NCBI RefSeq assembly: GCF_032444005.1
Contig: NC_091285.1
Span: 23,498,001-23,562,000, forward strand
Source: Ranitomeya imitator
Taxonomy: Eukaryota
Direction: 5' to 3'
Length of the DNA stretch: 64,000 bases
Each line of letters starts with the position of its first letter. Position 1 is the first letter of the stretch. The notes beneath the pieces are model-generated. The model made no database searches, was not told where the DNA came from, and worked only from the letters and a program-made list of their open reading frames with translations. Of the stretch, positions 37,801 through 49,000 are shown in pieces. A program made the translations under genes and the position numbers.

Positions 37801-40800
37801 AGGTAAGAGACTTGTTAGAAAGCTCAACAGCATCTTCTTGTGTCTCTCTCTGCTCCGCACTCCAGCATCCTATCCTTTTCATAGACTATATTACAAGGAG
37901 TAACCTGATAGTCCATCTGGTCTTATAAATGGAGTTATGCTGTTTTTTTGCTTGTTTTTGGAGAGTGGATAGTGAGCTGAGGAGGCAGCAGAGGGAAGGA
38001 GAAGTTTCTCATAATCACCTGTACTCTTGATTTATGCAAAGTTTGTTGAAAGTACATTTAGTTAAAGGGTGAAAAAAAAATTGTCACTTTCTTCAAGTCA
38101 CAGCGCCACATTGGTACACAGGTTGCATGTGGTATTGCAGTTCAACTCCAATTATGTTAATGAGGCTCAACTGCAATACCACAAATGACCTGCAGACAAG
38201 TGGGGCGCTATTAAAGAAAAACACACAGTATAAAGATATATTGCTCTGACCTTTATAAGTTCCTTAAACTTTGCTTCTTCTTTGGAGTTTGGGTCGATCA
38301 TGGTCCGCTCCTCATTTTCTTCTGTGCGTTCAGAAAGTAGAGAATCGGTCAGGGACATGACAGCAGCCTCGCCGGTAATAATAAGGCAGACAGATATAAC
38401 AAGGACACAAGACGCCCCTGGAAAATACTCATCAAGTGACTCTGAAGTCATTAAGTTCCATACTGGANNNNNNNNNNNNNNNNNNNNNNNNNNNNNNNNN
38501 NNNNNNNNNNNNNNNNNNNNNNNNNNNNNNNNNNNNNNNNNNNNNNNNNNNNNNNNNNNNNNNNNNNNNNNNNNNNNNNNNNNNNNNNNNNNNNNNNNNN
38601 NNNNNNNNNNNNNNNNNNNNNNNNNNNNNNNNNNNNNNNNNNNNNNNNNNNNNNNNNNNNNNNNNNNNNNNNNNNNNNNNNNNNNNNNNNNNNNNNNNNN
38701 NNNNNNNNNNNNNNNNNNNNNNNNNNNNNNNNNNNNNNNNNNNNNNNNNNNNNNNNNNNNNNNNNNNNNNNNNNNNNNNNNNNNNNNNNNNNNNNNNNNN
38801 NNNNNNNNNNNNNNNNNNNNNNNNCAATGAATGGAGTGGAGGTTGAGTGTGCGCACCACCGCTACATTCAAAGTAGGATCTCTGGAGGTCCCAGCGGCGA
38901 CAGTCAACATTTTCCCTATTCTATAGAGGGGGATAACTTTTTTTTTTTTCTTTAAAAAGGTAATAACCCTTTAAGTAATATAAATGCCCTGCATCTTATC
39001 TCAAGAATAGGGAGCCGCATCGCCAACAATAATGAAGCTGCCCTCACCCTTCACTTCCAAGGAAGATTTAAAAAAATATATATATAACCTATGGATATGC
39101 TTGAGATGGGAATATCCCTTTAAAAAAAAAAAAAAAAAAAAAGCTGCCATTATGAATGATATTGAGGTAATACTGTACCGAGCAGGGTGTCCTCCGGGTG
39201 GATATCGATGGTGCTGGGTGACATCGGGGCGTTGATGGCGTTTCTGCCTTCATCCTGGAGATCGCTCACTAGGCAAAAAAAAAATTAAAAATGTATATTT
39301 TAAAGGGACGTGGACTGGGCAGATGTGTTCAGTTTGGGGACACGGATTCCTATAGGAGTCCCATTAATTGTGATGACCATTAGGGCCACACACTATGCCC
39401 TCATGACTGCACCATATGGCGTCACAAAGTCCATAACCCGGATCCTATGGATCTAGCGGCCTTACTCCGGAGCGTGGCATTGGCATTGATCCATTCCCAA
39501 TCATTAACCAAATCCTACACACCTGTCTTCTCCTCGGCGGCCTCCTTCCTGCGTTTCCTGCACAGGAGCCCGGACATGGTGGTCCCAGATTGGGGGGTCA
39601 GCAGTGTAGGAGAAGAGGAGCGAGCAGTGTGCGCAGATTAGAGCCGGGTTATTTCTGACAGGGTGACGACGATGAGGTCTTGCCAGGAGCCGGACAGATT
39701 GGAGGGGTCTGGACAGCTGGCAGGAAAAAGAGGAGCCGACTCCCGCGGTGGGTGGGGGGGGCGACTAATGAGCGTTACAGGATGGGAATTTAGGAGAAAT
39801 AATGGTATAAAAGCTGCAGCGGCGCTGGAGGGGCGTGCTGTGCCAGGAGCGGTGCCAGCTGCTATGCAGTATAATTAGCTCACTACGGAGATGCTGCCGT
39901 CGGTCGCCTGGCTGCCGACCACAAGCTCTGTCTACACAACCAGACTCGTGTGGAAGCGTCTTGCAAAATTATTCAACCCCCTAAAAAGCGATCAGACTCC
40001 TCCGGCTTACAGACTTTAGTATTTTTACATTTTACGTCATCGATAATTCCAAACCTAATCGTTTAACCCCCTTAGGCGCTACAGTCCGCTGCAACTAAGC
40101 GGTCTAAAAACGGTACAAATCTAAGCGGGTCTCAACTGTCAGAGGCAGATCTTTAGATAGATCCCTAAACTCAACCAGTCCGTTTTTTTTGTGCCCCCAC
40201 GCAGAAATAATGTCCTTTTGGAGTTCCCACAGTGTGGCAAGGCTTAGAAGTCTCCTCACCTTGGAATGCCAGGCAGGAGAAAGGTTAACCCTTGCGGAAC
40301 ACAATGAAGGGGCAGAGAATGGTGGAGCAGGGAGCTGATGGGACGGGCGTCTCCCTGCTCCACCATCGAATCAAACCGCACCCCACTCCTGAGGACACAA
40401 ACCGCTGAAGTCAGGACGTGCAGTCAGCCCCCCCTAAATCCGGGAGAGGTGGGAGGTATGGAGTAGTGTAGCAGTCAGGGGGGCAAACAATGGCCATCAC
40501 CAAGTTCCTATTCACCACACTTACCAATTTTGGGGAAAAATTCCCGGAATGCTCAACGTCAAGACGTGGTCTGTGGAAATTAGAGAACGCTGGAAGGTGA
40601 TTAGTTTGGGGTCTGGAATCAGGAGAAGGGTTATGGCCGACATGGGGACAATATAATTTAAACAATCTGCTGAAGTGGGTCACAGCACTCCTCCGCTTTA
40701 CAGCGAGGGGGCGGAGAGGCGCAGATATAAAAACTAATAGTCAATGTTATTTAATCTCATTTTTGGGGGGGGATTCTCATTTCCTGCGTTAGTAGCATTA

Positions 40801-41276
40801 GACTGGAGAAAAACCTCCAGTAATGCCCCTTAGTGGGCACAATCTAAGACAAAAAGTTCCATAAAGTTTTGAAGAGAAAAGGAGATAAAGAAAAAAAAAA
40901 AAAAAAAAGAGAAAAAAAAGGGAGAAAAAAAAAAAAAAGGAAAAAAAAAAAAAAAAAGGTAAAGGTATTGAAAAACTTTCCATCCGATCTAAGACAGCAG
41001 CAGAAGAGTCGGTGCCAGTTATCAGGAAGAAAGCCCTATAGGCAGCCTAAACTGGCAGATAACAGAGAATAGCAGCTCGCACTGCCACTGAGTAATAAAG
41101 AGCGATGAATAGAGTCAAGCTTTCAGTGCGCCATTTCTGAGGAAAACTAAAACCACAAAACTGAGCCCCGCGCCCTGAGGTTCATGAGACACAATGTGAC
41201 TCGCATGTGATGCAAATAAGTGACCCACCCGGGGCGTCTGCTGCTACCTGTAATGCATCTGAGGAACAGCAGGGGG

Positions 41277-41335
<59 letters not shown>

Positions 41336-44300
41336 TACTTCAGAACTACTGGCTTCCACTTAAATACTCTGTGCTGCTGACAACAGTCAGTGTGTTTCCA
41401 TCTAACTCCTGACTCCCATGCAGTCATACATTGACCCTCCGTCACAATGGACACTTTATTGCTTCTATACCAACACTCTCCTGAAATACTCTGTGCCGCT
41501 GCCTAAAAGCTTTTCCATTTCATCTAAAAAAAAAGGAAAAAAACTTTCACCTTACTTTTTTTTTGGGAGACGGTTCCGCCCGAAGTGACCGTTTTTTTTA
41601 CTTCTATGGTATTTATATAGCATAACACCGACCAAAGTAAAGTAAATGACGTAGCCCTGCTGCTTCCTGCAGATAGCCGCATATCACCCCAGGGAGGAAA
41701 AAATGACATTTAAAAAAAAAAAAAAATGGCCGTTTAATTTAAAAGGGGCACTGTGCCTATAAGAGAGACTGATGTATATAGAAAAAGAAACCTCTAATAT
41801 TGGTCACACAGTTATAGAAATATCTACCGCTCATTTTTATAGGCTCATTCCCTCTGATTTACCCAAACACGTGCACCCTCGGCCAGACTGAGCGCGCATA
41901 TGTTCCTGAATAGGAAAAGGATCGGGTGATGTCATTCAACTTTCCTCCCCATCAGTCAGGAAGCCCCCCGTACACCTGCTGAAGTTGACGGATTCGATTG
42001 ACTTTGCTATAATGTCTCCTTACTCGGTCGAATGGCTGGTAATAAAAAACAATAGATTGAATTCGACCCATGTTGGCGACAACTGGCTGTATACATGGGA
42101 TATTACATTATTATATATTACATATAGCAGTGTTAGGTCTTCGGTCGCATGTGGTTATGTATGGAGCACTCTATATACCGCCATATGGTGTCATTGCACT
42201 ACAGTATTCGGGGTTTTTTTGGCATCTGCTGTTCTTCATTAGAACAGATAAGATGTGAACATTATTTTATGGCGCCGACTAATATACAAGTATGACAGGC
42301 TCTCCTCCTGCAATCGTTAGTGCCGCCATCCTCACAAAGCGCACAGCGCTACGGTGCACAAAATGGCCACATGATAATGTGTGCAAACTGTAAAGCGCTG
42401 CGGAATATGTTAGCGCTATATAAAAATAAAGATTATTATTATTGTGGCGAAGCAAGTGACCTAATATGTCCATCAGACTCCTCCAACAACAACAAAAAAA
42501 ACCCTGCTATCCCGCGTGTAGAGTTACCACATTGGAGAAGGCCGAAGCATCTCCATCAGCGGCCATTTTGTGGACAATAGAGCTGTCCAGTCTGTGAGGA
42601 AGAAGGAGACCCTGTAACACTTCAATATTAGTTTTTGGCATCAAATCACGTCCCCCAACATGTATGTTGAAATAAAAATGAAGTGGACACAACCCTTTTA
42701 AAATTTGTGAGGTAAAGTGCGGCCCATAGCAGTCTATGGGTTCATGATTACACAATATGGCCGCCTACAGGAGGCCTTTATTATGTTCAAGCCTGTGCAA
42801 ATTTATAGGATTTCTCCTCCCTGCCCCCAGGACGCACATTCCTCACACTGAAGTGCCGCCCCATACAAACACTGTGAAGGATAAAATGGCAGCCTAGTGT
42901 CACCACACAGCAGGCTGTGACCCCATTATACAGGATGGCTACTAAAATCAGCGGCTGGCAACCTTGACTGAAACTACAGCGCCTCTAGAAGACACATCTC
43001 GTTTGTTAGCCTCAGAACAATTTTTATTTTAATTTTTTTTTATTATTTTTAATTTAACCCCTTAACACATTTTTTCACTTTTGCGCTTTTGTTTTGTTTT
43101 TTACCTCCTCTTCTTCAAAAAGTTATTTTTCCGTCATTTTTTTTTCTTATTTTGATGGACAAGTTGTTGTTTTGAATGGCACCATTAATTTTACAAAAAA
43201 AAAAAAAAACTCCAAAACTCCAAATGAGGTTAAAAAAAAAAAAAAAAGAGAAAATAAAATAAATAACTGGGCAAAAATATTCCAGGTCCGTACGATGACG
43301 GCGATATCAAACTCCAGGGTTTTTTCTTTTTTTTTTTATTTTTTTATATGCTTTAGTGGTAGAAATTAAAATAAAATAAATAAGAGACAAGATATTAAAA
43401 ATTTGTAAAAAAAAATTAAAAAATGTCATCGTGAACCCCATGAATTTTGTTTGTTTTGTTTTTATCCATAGAGGTGGGTGACGGCCTTTATTTTGAATGC
43501 TGAGCTGATGTTTTTATGTGTACATATGATGTTTTGATCACTTTTTATTGTATTTTTTTCTTCAATTTTACCTTTTTTTAAATTTTGATCTATTAAACTT
43601 TTCTGGGGAGTCAGGATGACACCAAATGTTTTAATTTTTTTATTTATTTTTTTATGGGGGTTGATTTGAAGGTTTATATTTTTTTAGTTTGATTTTTATA
43701 TATTTTTTTTTAAGTCCTTTTAGGGGACTTGAACCTGCAATCGCTTATGTACCGCTATACCATTGCATTGCAGTATATTAGGAAATATCCTATTGTGAGG
43801 AGGACCAAAATGACAGCCAGATTGTAGGGGTATAAGGCAAATGGTCACTCTTTGGTGGGAGCGAGTGATGAAAAACAATAAAAAAAAAAAATAATAATAA
43901 TGAGCCTGTAAAAGCCAAATGGAGCAAAATTTTATGAGACCCTCCTTTTTCTGGGCCTAAATATATGCTTTTTAGAAAGAAAAATAAAAGTCCCCAGAAA
44001 TGGACAATCCCTTTAAATGGCTCCCAATTGTATGTAGGGAGCGCCCTCTAGTGGTGGCTGCAGGTAGCCAGAATTGTGTCATTTTTAGCTATGGTTGTGT
44101 AAAGCGGAGCCGGGGATTTGGGGGCTCAGTGTCAAGAAGGCTGAAGCTGAGATCCGTGAGGACCATAGGGGATGGATTCCCCTTGGACACGGCATGGAGG
44201 GGCTCTGCTTCCCATTCAGAGCAGTAGTAATGTCATTAGCGCAGGGTATATGAAGCTAATAAGACCACCGGTACGAGACATAACTGTGACCCCAAACCTT

Positions 44301-45795
44301 AGAGAAAGTTGGGTCCCCCAACAGTGGCCCCTTCAGTGCTGGGAGAACCAGGAGGATAAAGAACTTTCCGCTCCTTAATCCGCTGTCAGATCAGATCAGT
44401 CATGATCACTGGTCACCGAATTCAGCGATAAGCCGGAGCGCGGTTAACTCTATCCTGACCGCCCAAAATGGGTGACGCCTGAAACGCCATTCGTTCCGCT
44501 CACACATCGGCCAACACGACGCATTTCTCTGCGCTGGTCAGTCCCTTTAATTTAGCACCGGACAGAAATGAGTTTAAAGGGACTGATGAGTGTGGGACAG
44601 GAACGGGTTAAAGGGAACGATCAGTGCGGAACTGGGTGGGATTAAAAGGGATATTTAGTGTATGGCAAAACAGGAATGGGTTAAAGGGACTGACAAGTCT
44701 GGGACCAGACAAGAAGGGGTTACACTTACCATTGATTCATCCATTGCTCACCTTACACTGATCAGGCCCTTTACTTTAACCCATTCCAGTCCAGCACTCC
44801 TCAACCTTTTAACCCATTCCTCTCCAGTCCAGCCCCTTTAACCCATTCCTCTCCAGTCTTCGAACCCCTCAGTCCTTTTAACCAATTCCAGTCCTGCACC
44901 CCCTCAATCCCTTTAACCCATTCCTCTCCAGTCCGACACCCCCTCAATCCCTTTAACCCATTCTTCTCCGGTCCCGCACCCCTCAATCCCTTTAACCCAT
45001 TCCAGCCCAGCACCCCTCAATCCCTTTAACCCATTCCAGCCCAGCACCCCTCAATCCCTTTAACCCATTCCAGCCCAGCACCCCTCAATCCCTTTAACCC
45101 ATTCCAACCCAGCACCCCTCAATCCCTTTAACCCATTCCAACCCAGCACCCCTCAATCCCTTTAACCCATTCCAGCCCAGCACCCCTCAGTACCATTAAC
45201 CCATTCCAGTCCAGCACTCCTCAGTCCCTTTAACCCATTCCTTTCCAGTCCCTCACCCTTCAGACCCTTTAACCCATTATTCTTTGATGCTACACTACTC
45301 AGCTCAATTAACCCATTCTGGCCTGATTCTACACTAGGCATTCCCTTTAACCCATTCTTGTCTGGTCCCTCACAAGCCAGACCCTTCAACCCACTCTTAT
45401 CCTGTCCCACACTAGTCATCCTTTTTAACCCATTCCTGCACTAGCCAGTCCTTTACACCCTTCCACTCTTACCCTGCTAGTTGCCATTCCTGTCTGTAGC
45501 CCCCTCCATAAAACTCACCAGCCCTCCTACCCTTCCCTATCTATCTCCCCCAGAACAGACAGTTTCCCCCTTTGACACTTCCCTGCCTTGCATGTAGGTT
45601 GCAGACTAACATGATTTAACCCCTTCTCTCCCTCTCAAGCACGCGCTGATTTAATAGAGGACCCCCCCCCCCCCTCCTCTCACCTTCTCTGGCTTTCTTC
45701 TTCCTGACCAGTGTGCCCCCCAGTTTACCCAGGAAGGACTCATCCTTCTTCATCCTTTGGCTCTGCAGAGTGGGAGACCTGGGGGTGGCTGACAT
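10347..45795 (-). CDS. PARVB: Beta-parvin, complete 13-exon CDS (1095 nt, 364 aa)
   Basis: Exons 45684-45795, 39179-39268, 38251-38321, 36632-36734, 35124-35264, 34585-34700, 33703-33761, 32220-32239, 31563-31624, 31415-31483, 22722-22823, 21222-21294, 10347-10423. All have GT-AG boundaries and compatible phases. Translation runs [27 protein letters not shown]...[15 protein letters not shown]...[20 protein letters not shown], with two calponin-homology domains. KKDESF and [11 protein letters not shown] match beta- rather than alpha-parvin as I recall them. Confidence 0.96.
10995..12656 (-). mobile_element. Tc1 element, full length (1662 bp), defective transposase
   Basis: TA|cagttaggtccatatatatttggacagagac ... 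gtctctgtccaaatatatatggacctaactg|TA, ~220-bp TIRs. Minus-strand fragments [26 protein letters not shown]; frameshifts and an internal ~38-bp duplication near 11700-11770. Confidence 0.95.
13300..15650. repeat. ~386-393-bp tandem array (about 6 units) inside the piggyBac-like element
   Basis: Marker gaaagtagacccc recurs at 13711, 14102, 14495, 14881 and 15267; the units starting 14495 and 14881 are near-identical. Confidence 0.92.
15650..15803 (+). repeat. Degenerate telomere-like (CCCTAA) tract running into a gap
   Basis: Repeated accctaa/cctaacc variants up to the N-run. Confidence 0.8.
15804..16071. other. Assembly gap (268 N)
   Basis: N run. Confidence 1.
17830..18878 (+). pseudogene. Tc1 transposase pseudogene
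   Basis: ATG 17830 [18 protein letters not shown]..., in-frame TGA near 17980 plus a frameshift; [14 protein letters not shown], and NPIQMVW (third catalytic E reads Q). Confidence 0.9.
20025..20195. other. Assembly gap (171 N)
   Basis: N run. Confidence 1.
20839..21111. mobile_element. Kolobok/T2-type MITE
   Basis: TTAA|AGGGGTATT ... tagtatCCCCT|TTAA. Confidence 0.75.
21222..21294 (-). CDS. PARVB: PARVB exon 12 (73 nt)
   Basis: [24 protein letters not shown]. Confidence 0.95.
22722..22823 (-). CDS. PARVB: PARVB exon 11 (102 nt)
   Basis: [34 protein letters not shown]. Confidence 0.95.
22966..24143 (-). mobile_element. Non-autonomous Helitron (1178 bp) with internal minisatellite
   Basis: On the minus strand: A|TC 5' end at 24143 and 3' end CTAG|T at 22966 preceded by a GC-rich hairpin (cccgggcgtagaacggg); no TSD; inserted in TA/CA microsatellite. 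Confidence 0.85.
23026..23686 (+). repeat. 34-bp minisatellite, about 19 copies
   Basis: Unit catcctgcgtccccatcctggtatgtgctgcacc. Confidence 0.95.
24343..25145 (-). repeat. 3' LTR
   Basis: 803 bp; about 18 substitutions from the other LTR by eye. Confidence 0.95.
24977..29205 (-). pseudogene. gag-pol polyprotein with two lesions
   Basis: Gag with CX2CX4HX4C ([14 protein letters not shown]), protease FVDSGA, RT YLDD, RNase H VDASEIG, integrase HHCC plus D-D-E (MDFISD, SDRGSQF, GQTER), chromodomain [11 protein letters not shown]...YLVKWKGY. Lesions: 1-nt deletion near 27857 (GRLFNLS frame lost) and TAG in place of the expected TGG at 26237-26239. Confidence 0.93.
29342..30144 (-). repeat. 5' LTR
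   Basis: 803 bp, direct repeat of 24343-25145. Confidence 0.95.
30430..30950. repeat. AT-rich ~39-bp degenerate tandem repeat in alternating orientation
   Basis: atatacatatatagtaaatataaaatgtaaaatataaat and its reverse complement, after a (TG)n tract. Confidence 0.7.
31277..31369. mobile_element. Minimal Kolobok/T2-type MITE (93 bp)
   Basis: TTAA|AGGGGCTTGTCCAG ... CTGGACAACCCCT|TTAA, 45 bp from the exon 10 donor. Confidence 0.8.
31415..31483 (-). CDS. PARVB: PARVB exon 10 (69 nt)
   Basis: [23 protein letters not shown]. Confidence 0.95.
31563..31624 (-). CDS. PARVB: PARVB exon 9 (62 nt)
   Basis: [21 protein letters not shown]; donor GTGAGT. Confidence 0.95.
32220..32239 (-). CDS. PARVB: PARVB exon 8, 20-nt microexon
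   Basis: ttttAG|G ATG ATG ATG GGG AAA TTT G|GTAAGT gives (E)MMMGKF(E). It supplies exactly the phase-2 to phase-1 bridge needed between exons 7 and 9. Confidence 0.92.
33703..33761 (-). CDS. PARVB: PARVB exon 7 (59 nt)
   Basis: [19 protein letters not shown]; donor GTGAG. Confidence 0.93.
34585..34700 (-). CDS. PARVB: PARVB exon 6 (116 nt)
   Basis: [39 protein letters not shown]. Confidence 0.95.
35124..35264 (-). CDS. PARVB: PARVB exon 5 (141 nt)
   Basis: [47 protein letters not shown]; donor GTAAGT. Confidence 0.95.
36632..36734 (-). CDS. PARVB: PARVB exon 4 (103 nt)
   Basis: [34 protein letters not shown], start of CH1. Confidence 0.95.
37020..37385 (+). repeat. Degenerate ~59-bp tandem repeat
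   Basis: About 6 copies of catyatacagcagtactgagcagtgtagctgtgaatccaga. Confidence 0.7.
38251..38321 (-). CDS. PARVB: PARVB exon 3 (71 nt)
   Basis: [24 protein letters not shown]; AG/GT flanks. Confidence 0.95.
38468..38824. other. Assembly gap (357 N), PARVB intron 2
   Basis: N run. Confidence 1.
39179..39268 (-). CDS. PARVB: PARVB exon 2 (90 nt)
   Basis: [30 protein letters not shown]; AG/GT flanks. Confidence 0.95.
42380..42445 (+). mobile_element. L2-type LINE/SINE 3' tail remnant
   Basis: gtaaagcgctgcggaatatgttagcgctatataaaaataaagattattattatt. Confidence 0.55.
43058..43800. mobile_element. Degraded piggyBac-like non-autonomous element
   Basis: TTAA|CCCCTT start; internal motifs as in 12818-17542; right end not found. 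Confidence 0.45.
44560..45440. repeat. 34-bp-core minisatellite with a short inverted arm, PARVB intron 1
   Basis: cccctcaatccctttaacccattccagcccagca at 44775-45440; reverse copies (gggttaaaggga) at 44560-44722. Confidence 0.9.
45684..45795 (-). CDS. PARVB: PARVB coding exon 1 (112 nt)
   Basis: ATG at 45795; MSATPRSPT...RKKKARE; donor G|GTGAG. Confidence 0.95.
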
Positions 45796-46060
45796 GTTCC
45801 CCCTGTGTGAGAGTGAGGAGGGAGGATTGTCCTCATGTGATAAGAGGAGACAGGAAGAGGATGTGGTGGTGACCGCACTTATCAGCCTCCAATGGCAGAG
45901 TGTGGAGAGGAGGGCAGGGAGGGTCCACAGCCACACACCACACAGGGCCAGGTGGCCAGTCTGTGCCTCTCCTGCCCCACCCCAGTGCAACAATGTAAGG
46001 CCGGGGTCACACTTGTGAGTGCAATGCGAGAAACTCACACATCAATACCTGGCACTGCTG

Positions 46061-49000
46061 TGAATGGTGGATCCTGTGTTATCTACTGTATATAGAGGTG
46101 TTATCAGTCATTGTACAGGAGGAGGAGGTGAGCTGTGACATCACCTATTGTGAATGGTGGATCCTGTGTTATCTACTGTATATAGAGGTGTTATCAGTCA
46201 TTGTACAGGAGGAGTAGGTGAGCTGTGACATCACCTACTGTGAATGGTGGATCCTGTGTTATCTACTGTATATAGACGTGCTATCAGTCATTGTACAGGA
46301 GGAGAAGGTGAGCTGTGATATCACCTATTGTGAATGGTGGATCCTGTGTTATCTACTGTATATAGAAGTGTTATCAGTCATTGTACAGGAGGAGGAGGTG
46401 AGCTGTGACATCACCTATTGTGAATGGTGGATCCTGAGTTATCTACTTTATATAGAGGTGTTATCAGTCATTGTACAGGAGGGGGAGGTGAGCTGTGACA
46501 TCACCTGTTTTGAATGGGGAATCCTGTGTTATCTACTGTATACAGAGGTGTTATCAGTCATTGTACAGGAGGAGGAGGTGAGTTGTGACATCACCTATTG
46601 TGAATGGTGGATCATGTGTTATCAGCTGTACATAGAGGTGTTATCAGTCATTGTACAGGAGGAGGAGGTGAGCTGTGATATCGCCTATTGTGAATGGTCG
46701 ATCCTGTGTTATCTACTGTATATAGAGGTGTTATCTGTCATTGTACAGGAGGAGGTGAGCTGTGACATCACCTATTGTGAATGGTGGATCCTGAGTTATC
46801 TACTTTATATAGAGGTGTTATCAGTCATTGTACAGAAGGGTGGGGGAGGTGAGCTGTGACATCGCCTATTGTGAATGGTGGATCCTGTGTTATCTACTGT
46901 ATATAGAGGTGTTATCAGTCATTGTACAGGAGGAGGAGGTGAGCTGTGACATCACCTATTGTGAATGGTGAATCCTGTGTTATCTACTGTATATAGAGGT
47001 GTTATCAGTCATTGTACAGGAGGAGGAGGTGAGCTGTGACATCACATACTGTGAATGGTGGATACTGTGTTATCTACTGTATATAGAGGTGCTATCAGTC
47101 ATTGTACAGGAGGAGGAGAAGGTGAGCTGTGATATCACCTATTGTGAATGGTGGATCCTGTGTTATCTACTGTTTATAGAGGTGTTATCAGTCATTGTAC
47201 AGGAGGAGGAGGTGCGCTGTGACATCACCTATTGTGAAGGGTGGATCCTGTGATATCTACTGTATATAGAGGTGTTATCAGTCATTGTACAGGAGGAGGA
47301 GGTGAGCTGTGACATCACCTATTGTGAATGGTGGATCCTGTGTTATCTACTGTATATAGAGGTGCTATCAGTCTTTGTACAGGAGGTGGAGGTGAGCTGT
47401 GACATCGCCTATTGTGAATGGTGGATCCTGTGTTATCTACTGTATACAGAGGTGTTATCAGTCATTGTACAGGAGGAGGAGGTGAGCTGTGACATCACCT
47501 ATTGTGAATGGTGGATCCTGAGTTATCTACTGTATATAGAGGTGTTATCAGTCATTGTACAGGAGGAGGGAGAGGTGAGCTGTGACATCACCTATTGTGA
47601 ATGGTGGATCCTCTGTTATCTCCTGTATATAGAGGTGTTATCTGTCATTGAACAGGAGGAGGAGGCGAGCTGTGACATCGCCTATTGTGAATGGTGGGTC
47701 CTGTGTTATCTACTGTATATAGAGGTGTTATCTGTCATTGTACAGGAGGAGGAGGCGAGCTGTGACATCGCCTATTGTGAATGGTGGGTCCTGTGTTATC
47801 TACTGTATATAGAGGTGTTATCAGTCATTGTACAGGAGGAGGAGGTGAGCTGTGACATCACCTATTGTGAATGGTGGATCCTGTGTTATCTACTGTATAT
47901 AGAGGTGCTATCAGTCATTGTGCAGGAGGAGGAGGTGAGCTGTGACATCACCTATTGTGAAGGGTGGATCCTGTGTTATCTACTGTATATAGAGGTGTTA
48001 TCAGTCATTGTACAGGAGGTGAGCTGTGACATCGCCTATTGTGAATGGTGGATCCTGTGTTATCTCCTGTATATAGAGGTGTTATCAGTCATTGTACAGG
48101 AGGAGGAGGTGAGCTGTGACATCGCCTATTGTGAATGGTGGGTCCTGTGTTATCTACTGTATATAGAGGTGTTATCAGTCATTGTACAGGAGGACGAGGT
48201 GAGCTGTGACATCACCTATTGTGAATGGTGGATCCTGTGTTATCTACTGTATATAGAGGTGTTATCAGTCATTGTACAGGAGGAGGAGGTGAGCTGTGAC
48301 ATTACCTATTGTGAATGGTGGATCCTGTGTTATCTACTGTATATAGAGGTGTTTCCTGTCATTGTACAGGAGGAGGAGGTGAGCTGTGACATCACCTATT
48401 GTGAATGGTGGATCATGTGTTATCAGCTGTATATAGAGGTGCTATCAGTCATTGTACAGGAGGAGGAGGTGAGCTGTGACATCACCTATTGTGAAGGGTG
48501 GATCCTGTGTTATCTACTGTATATAGAGGTGTTATCAGTCATTGTACAGGAGGAGGTGAGCTCTGACATCGCCTATTGTGAATGGTGGATCCTGTGTTAT
48601 CTCCTGTATATAGAGGTGTTATCAGTCATTGTACAGGAGAAGGAGGTGAGCTGTGACATCAACTATTGTGAATGGTGGATCCTGTGTTAGGCTGGGTTCC
48701 CATTGCGTTATGGGAACGCGCTTAACGGACAGCGTTGCACGGCGAAATTAACGCCGTGCAACGCGTCCGTTAGCGCGCCCATTCAAGGCAATGGGAACGC
48801 GCAGCACTAGCGCGTGCCATGTTCGGCACGCGCTAGCGGCGCGCCGGTGTTTCCTGGCGCGCCGCGGACGCTGCAAGCAGCGTCCGAGGCGCGCCCGCGG
48901 TCCGTTCCCCGCTCTCGCAGATCGGGGATCTGCGAGAGCGGGGACGTTAACGCGACCCCGGGACGCGGCCACATAAAAACATTGCGTTAGCGCAACCCGC

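Noticed and set aside
38167-38910. 247-aa ORF and other poly-X ORFs (15800, 20007, 38282, 38432)
   Set aside because: Open only because of N runs; the real coding part is PARVB exon 3.
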